Assembly (NCBI GenBank): GCA_943354965.1 | Contig: CALRDN010000002.1 | Coordinates: forward strand, 38,029 to 102,028 | Source of the DNA: Candidatus Peribacteria bacterium | GTDB taxonomy: Bacteria > Patescibacteriota > Gracilibacteria > UBA1369 > UBA12463 | Length of the DNA stretch: 64,000 nucleotides | Direction: 5' to 3' | Shown here: positions 62,722 through 64,000 of the stretch, one piece after another | Layout of the letters: every line of letters starts with the position of its first letter | How positions within the stretch are numbered: position 1 is the first letter of the stretch | Notes under the pieces: generated by a model | Database searches by the model: none | The model's input: only the letters and a program-made list of their open reading frames with translations | What the model was told of the DNA's origin: nothing | Position numbers and translations under genes: made by a program

Positions 62722-64000
62722 ATGAATAATGCGCCTGGATCAATAGAAGGCAAGGGGGAAGAGGAAGTGGCCGCACCAGAAGAGACAAAAAGAGACAGGG
62801 AAATAGAAAACGTTTATCGTGAAGCACAAGAGCAACGAGCAGAACATTCAAATACAATTGGAGTCGATAGAAGTGCCTCCGAACAGTCGAATCGACTGGC
62901 GCAGGCTGAATCTGAAAGAATGATACAAGTGGATGCAAAACAGTTTGTAGATAAAGATGCGGAATCAGTAGGTTATAAGAGCCAATTAGAGACGGCGAAA
63001 GGGATATTGAACAGTCTCAGCATAGAAACGAACAAAATACTCACACATCTAACCCCGCCGGTTTTTTCATTAACGAACTCATTACAACCAAAGGCGGATA
63101 GTAATGGGTATTATTTTGTATATATTGACATACGTAATACGCCACAGGATATCAAAAAAAATCTGGAGAATGCGGCAAAGATGATTATTGAAGAAGGTAG
63201 ATTTTTGCACAACACGCCACAGGAAGACAATGCGGCAGACCGCGCACGAGAAAAAGGGATGCCATTCAAGAATATACGACAGGCATATGTGGAAGATCTA
63301 AAAAATAAACAAAAAATTAATTGGAATGGACCGGCGGGAGATCCATTAGCTCCATACTCATGGGTAGAAAATGATCAGAAAGATGGCGAATGGTTCAACT
63401 ATGCCGTCGAAACGCCAGCGGAAACTGCCGATAGAATACAAAAGAATGCTAAAGAAAAAGAGGTAAAAAGAAGGTCCAATGATGAGGCGAAAAAAATAGC
63501 AGATGACGAAGCCGCAGCAAGAAAAGCAGCCATTGAAGAAGAGGCCAACAAAGAGGCCGACAAGGAAGACATCAGTAAATTCAAAGCAGTTCTGGACGCC
63601 TATAACGTCAAGCGCGAAGCGTTTAATCAGGCAAATGGGTTGAAGCTTACGAGCCATCTTGATGCATTTTTTAATATAGATAAGGGCCCGTATAAATTAG
63701 CCGATATCGATGAGTATGGAGCAAGATTAGAGGGTCTCAGTAATGGCATTGATAGATTTGGAAAGATATTTGAGGGTATGAGCGAAAATACAAAAAATAT
63801 TCTCAAGTCGGTAGAGCTTATTATTGATCAAGAAGATGAAGATAAAAAGGATACGGAAAAAAATATTTCAAGAAACGCAGACGGAAGTTATCGTCTATGG
63901 TTCGATATCGCGAAAGATGAGAAGACAGTAAAGAAGGATATTATTGGCCAGAAAAATAATTTTGTAAAAGGAAAGAAATACACAGAAGACTCTCCAATTG
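62722..64000 (+). CDS. large Lys/Glu-rich hypothetical protein, 3' end outside window (not in the ORF track)
   Basis: Own translation: frame 1 is open from 62608 to the window end (MNNAPGSIEGKGEEEVAAPEETKRDREIENVYREAQEQR...KYTEDSPI). In-frame ATGs lie at 62638, 62701 and 62722, so the start is ambiguous. Confidence 0.6.
   Translation, partial: MNNAPGSIEGKGEEEVAAPEETKRDREIENVYREAQEQRAEHSNTIGVDRSASEQSNRLAQAESERMIQVDAKQFVDKDAESVGYKSQLETAKGILNSLSIETNKILTHLTPPVFSLTNSLQPKADSNGYYFVYIDIRNTPQDIKKNLENAAKMIIEEGRFLHNTPQEDNAADRAREKGMPFKNIRQAYVEDLKNKQKINWNGPAGDPLAPYSWVENDQKDGEWFNYAVETPAETADRIQKNAKEKEVKRRSNDEAKKIADDEAAARKAAIEEEANKEADKEDISKFKAVLDAYNVKREAFNQANGLKLTSHLDAFFNIDKGPYKLADIDEYGARLEGLSNGIDRFGKIFEGMSENTKNILKSVELIIDQEDEDKKDTEKNISRNADGSYRLWFDIAKDEKTVKKDIIGQKNNFVKGKKYTEDSPI

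Noticed and set aside
1-64000. Alternative genetic code (UGA recoding, as in some candidate phyla)
   Set aside because: Several full-length conserved genes end at TGA exactly where homologues end, with ATGA stop/start overlaps (aroA-K/aroQ, aroQ/aroG, aroC/pheA, tyrA/aminotransferase, ispG/dxr). No conserved gene appears split at in-frame TGA.
1-64000. CRISPR arrays, transposases, integrases, prophage blocks, rRNA and tRNA genes
   Set aside because: I saw no regularly spaced direct repeats of 25-40 bp. There are no DDE, tyrosine-recombinase or serine-recombinase motifs in any ORF. The only tRNA-like T-arm/acceptor sequence belongs to the tmRNA.

Overview
This is a gene-dense, moderately AT-rich bacterial chromosomal segment that uses the standard code: TGA stops are in use and there are many ATGA stop/start overlaps. 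It is almost entirely housekeeping. It carries a 5'-truncated phosphohexomutase, a GT2 glycosyltransferase, argS, topA, and a nine-gene aromatic amino acid operon (aroA-aroK fusion, aroQ, DAHP synthase, aroB, aroC, pheA, tyrA-chorismate mutase fusion, aminotransferase). It also carries HU, pheST, a class A PBP, a gmhB-like phosphatase, an O-antigen-ligase-family protein, rdgB, dus, an APC permease and one tmRNA. Further along are mfd, dnaN, rny, a VanW protein, holB, murF, infC-rpmI-rplT, a MEP-pathway cluster (ispG, dxr, ispDF, ispE), recR and folE. I saw no rRNA, tRNA, CRISPR array, transposase or integrase. Several small or uncharacterised families suggest an uncultivated small-genome lineage (a DUF5679-like zinc ribbon, ORF6N, GWI-repeat secreted protein and a DUF2157/GDYXXLXY pair), but the taxon cannot be fixed from this window. 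The five observations most worth follow-up are these. (1) A Phe/Tyr/Trp-rich leader ORF plus an intrinsic terminator sits immediately upstream of the aro operon, a candidate ribosome-mediated attenuator. (2) Sigma70-like promoters recur 6-9 nt upstream of the start codons of operon-first genes, implying widespread leaderless mRNAs, including infC. (3) A perfect 19-bp tandem duplication splits an otherwise continuous 268-codon ORF inside the MEP cluster. (4) A ~240-bp GATATC/palindrome-rich intergenic element is bounded by inverted repeats. (5) A co-directional three-gene cluster of unknowns includes a ~39-Cys protein with duplicated terminal zinc-ribbon modules. The ORF track translates GTG/TTG starts as M, so several starts were re-placed by eye. 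All functional calls rest on motif recognition, not on database searches.
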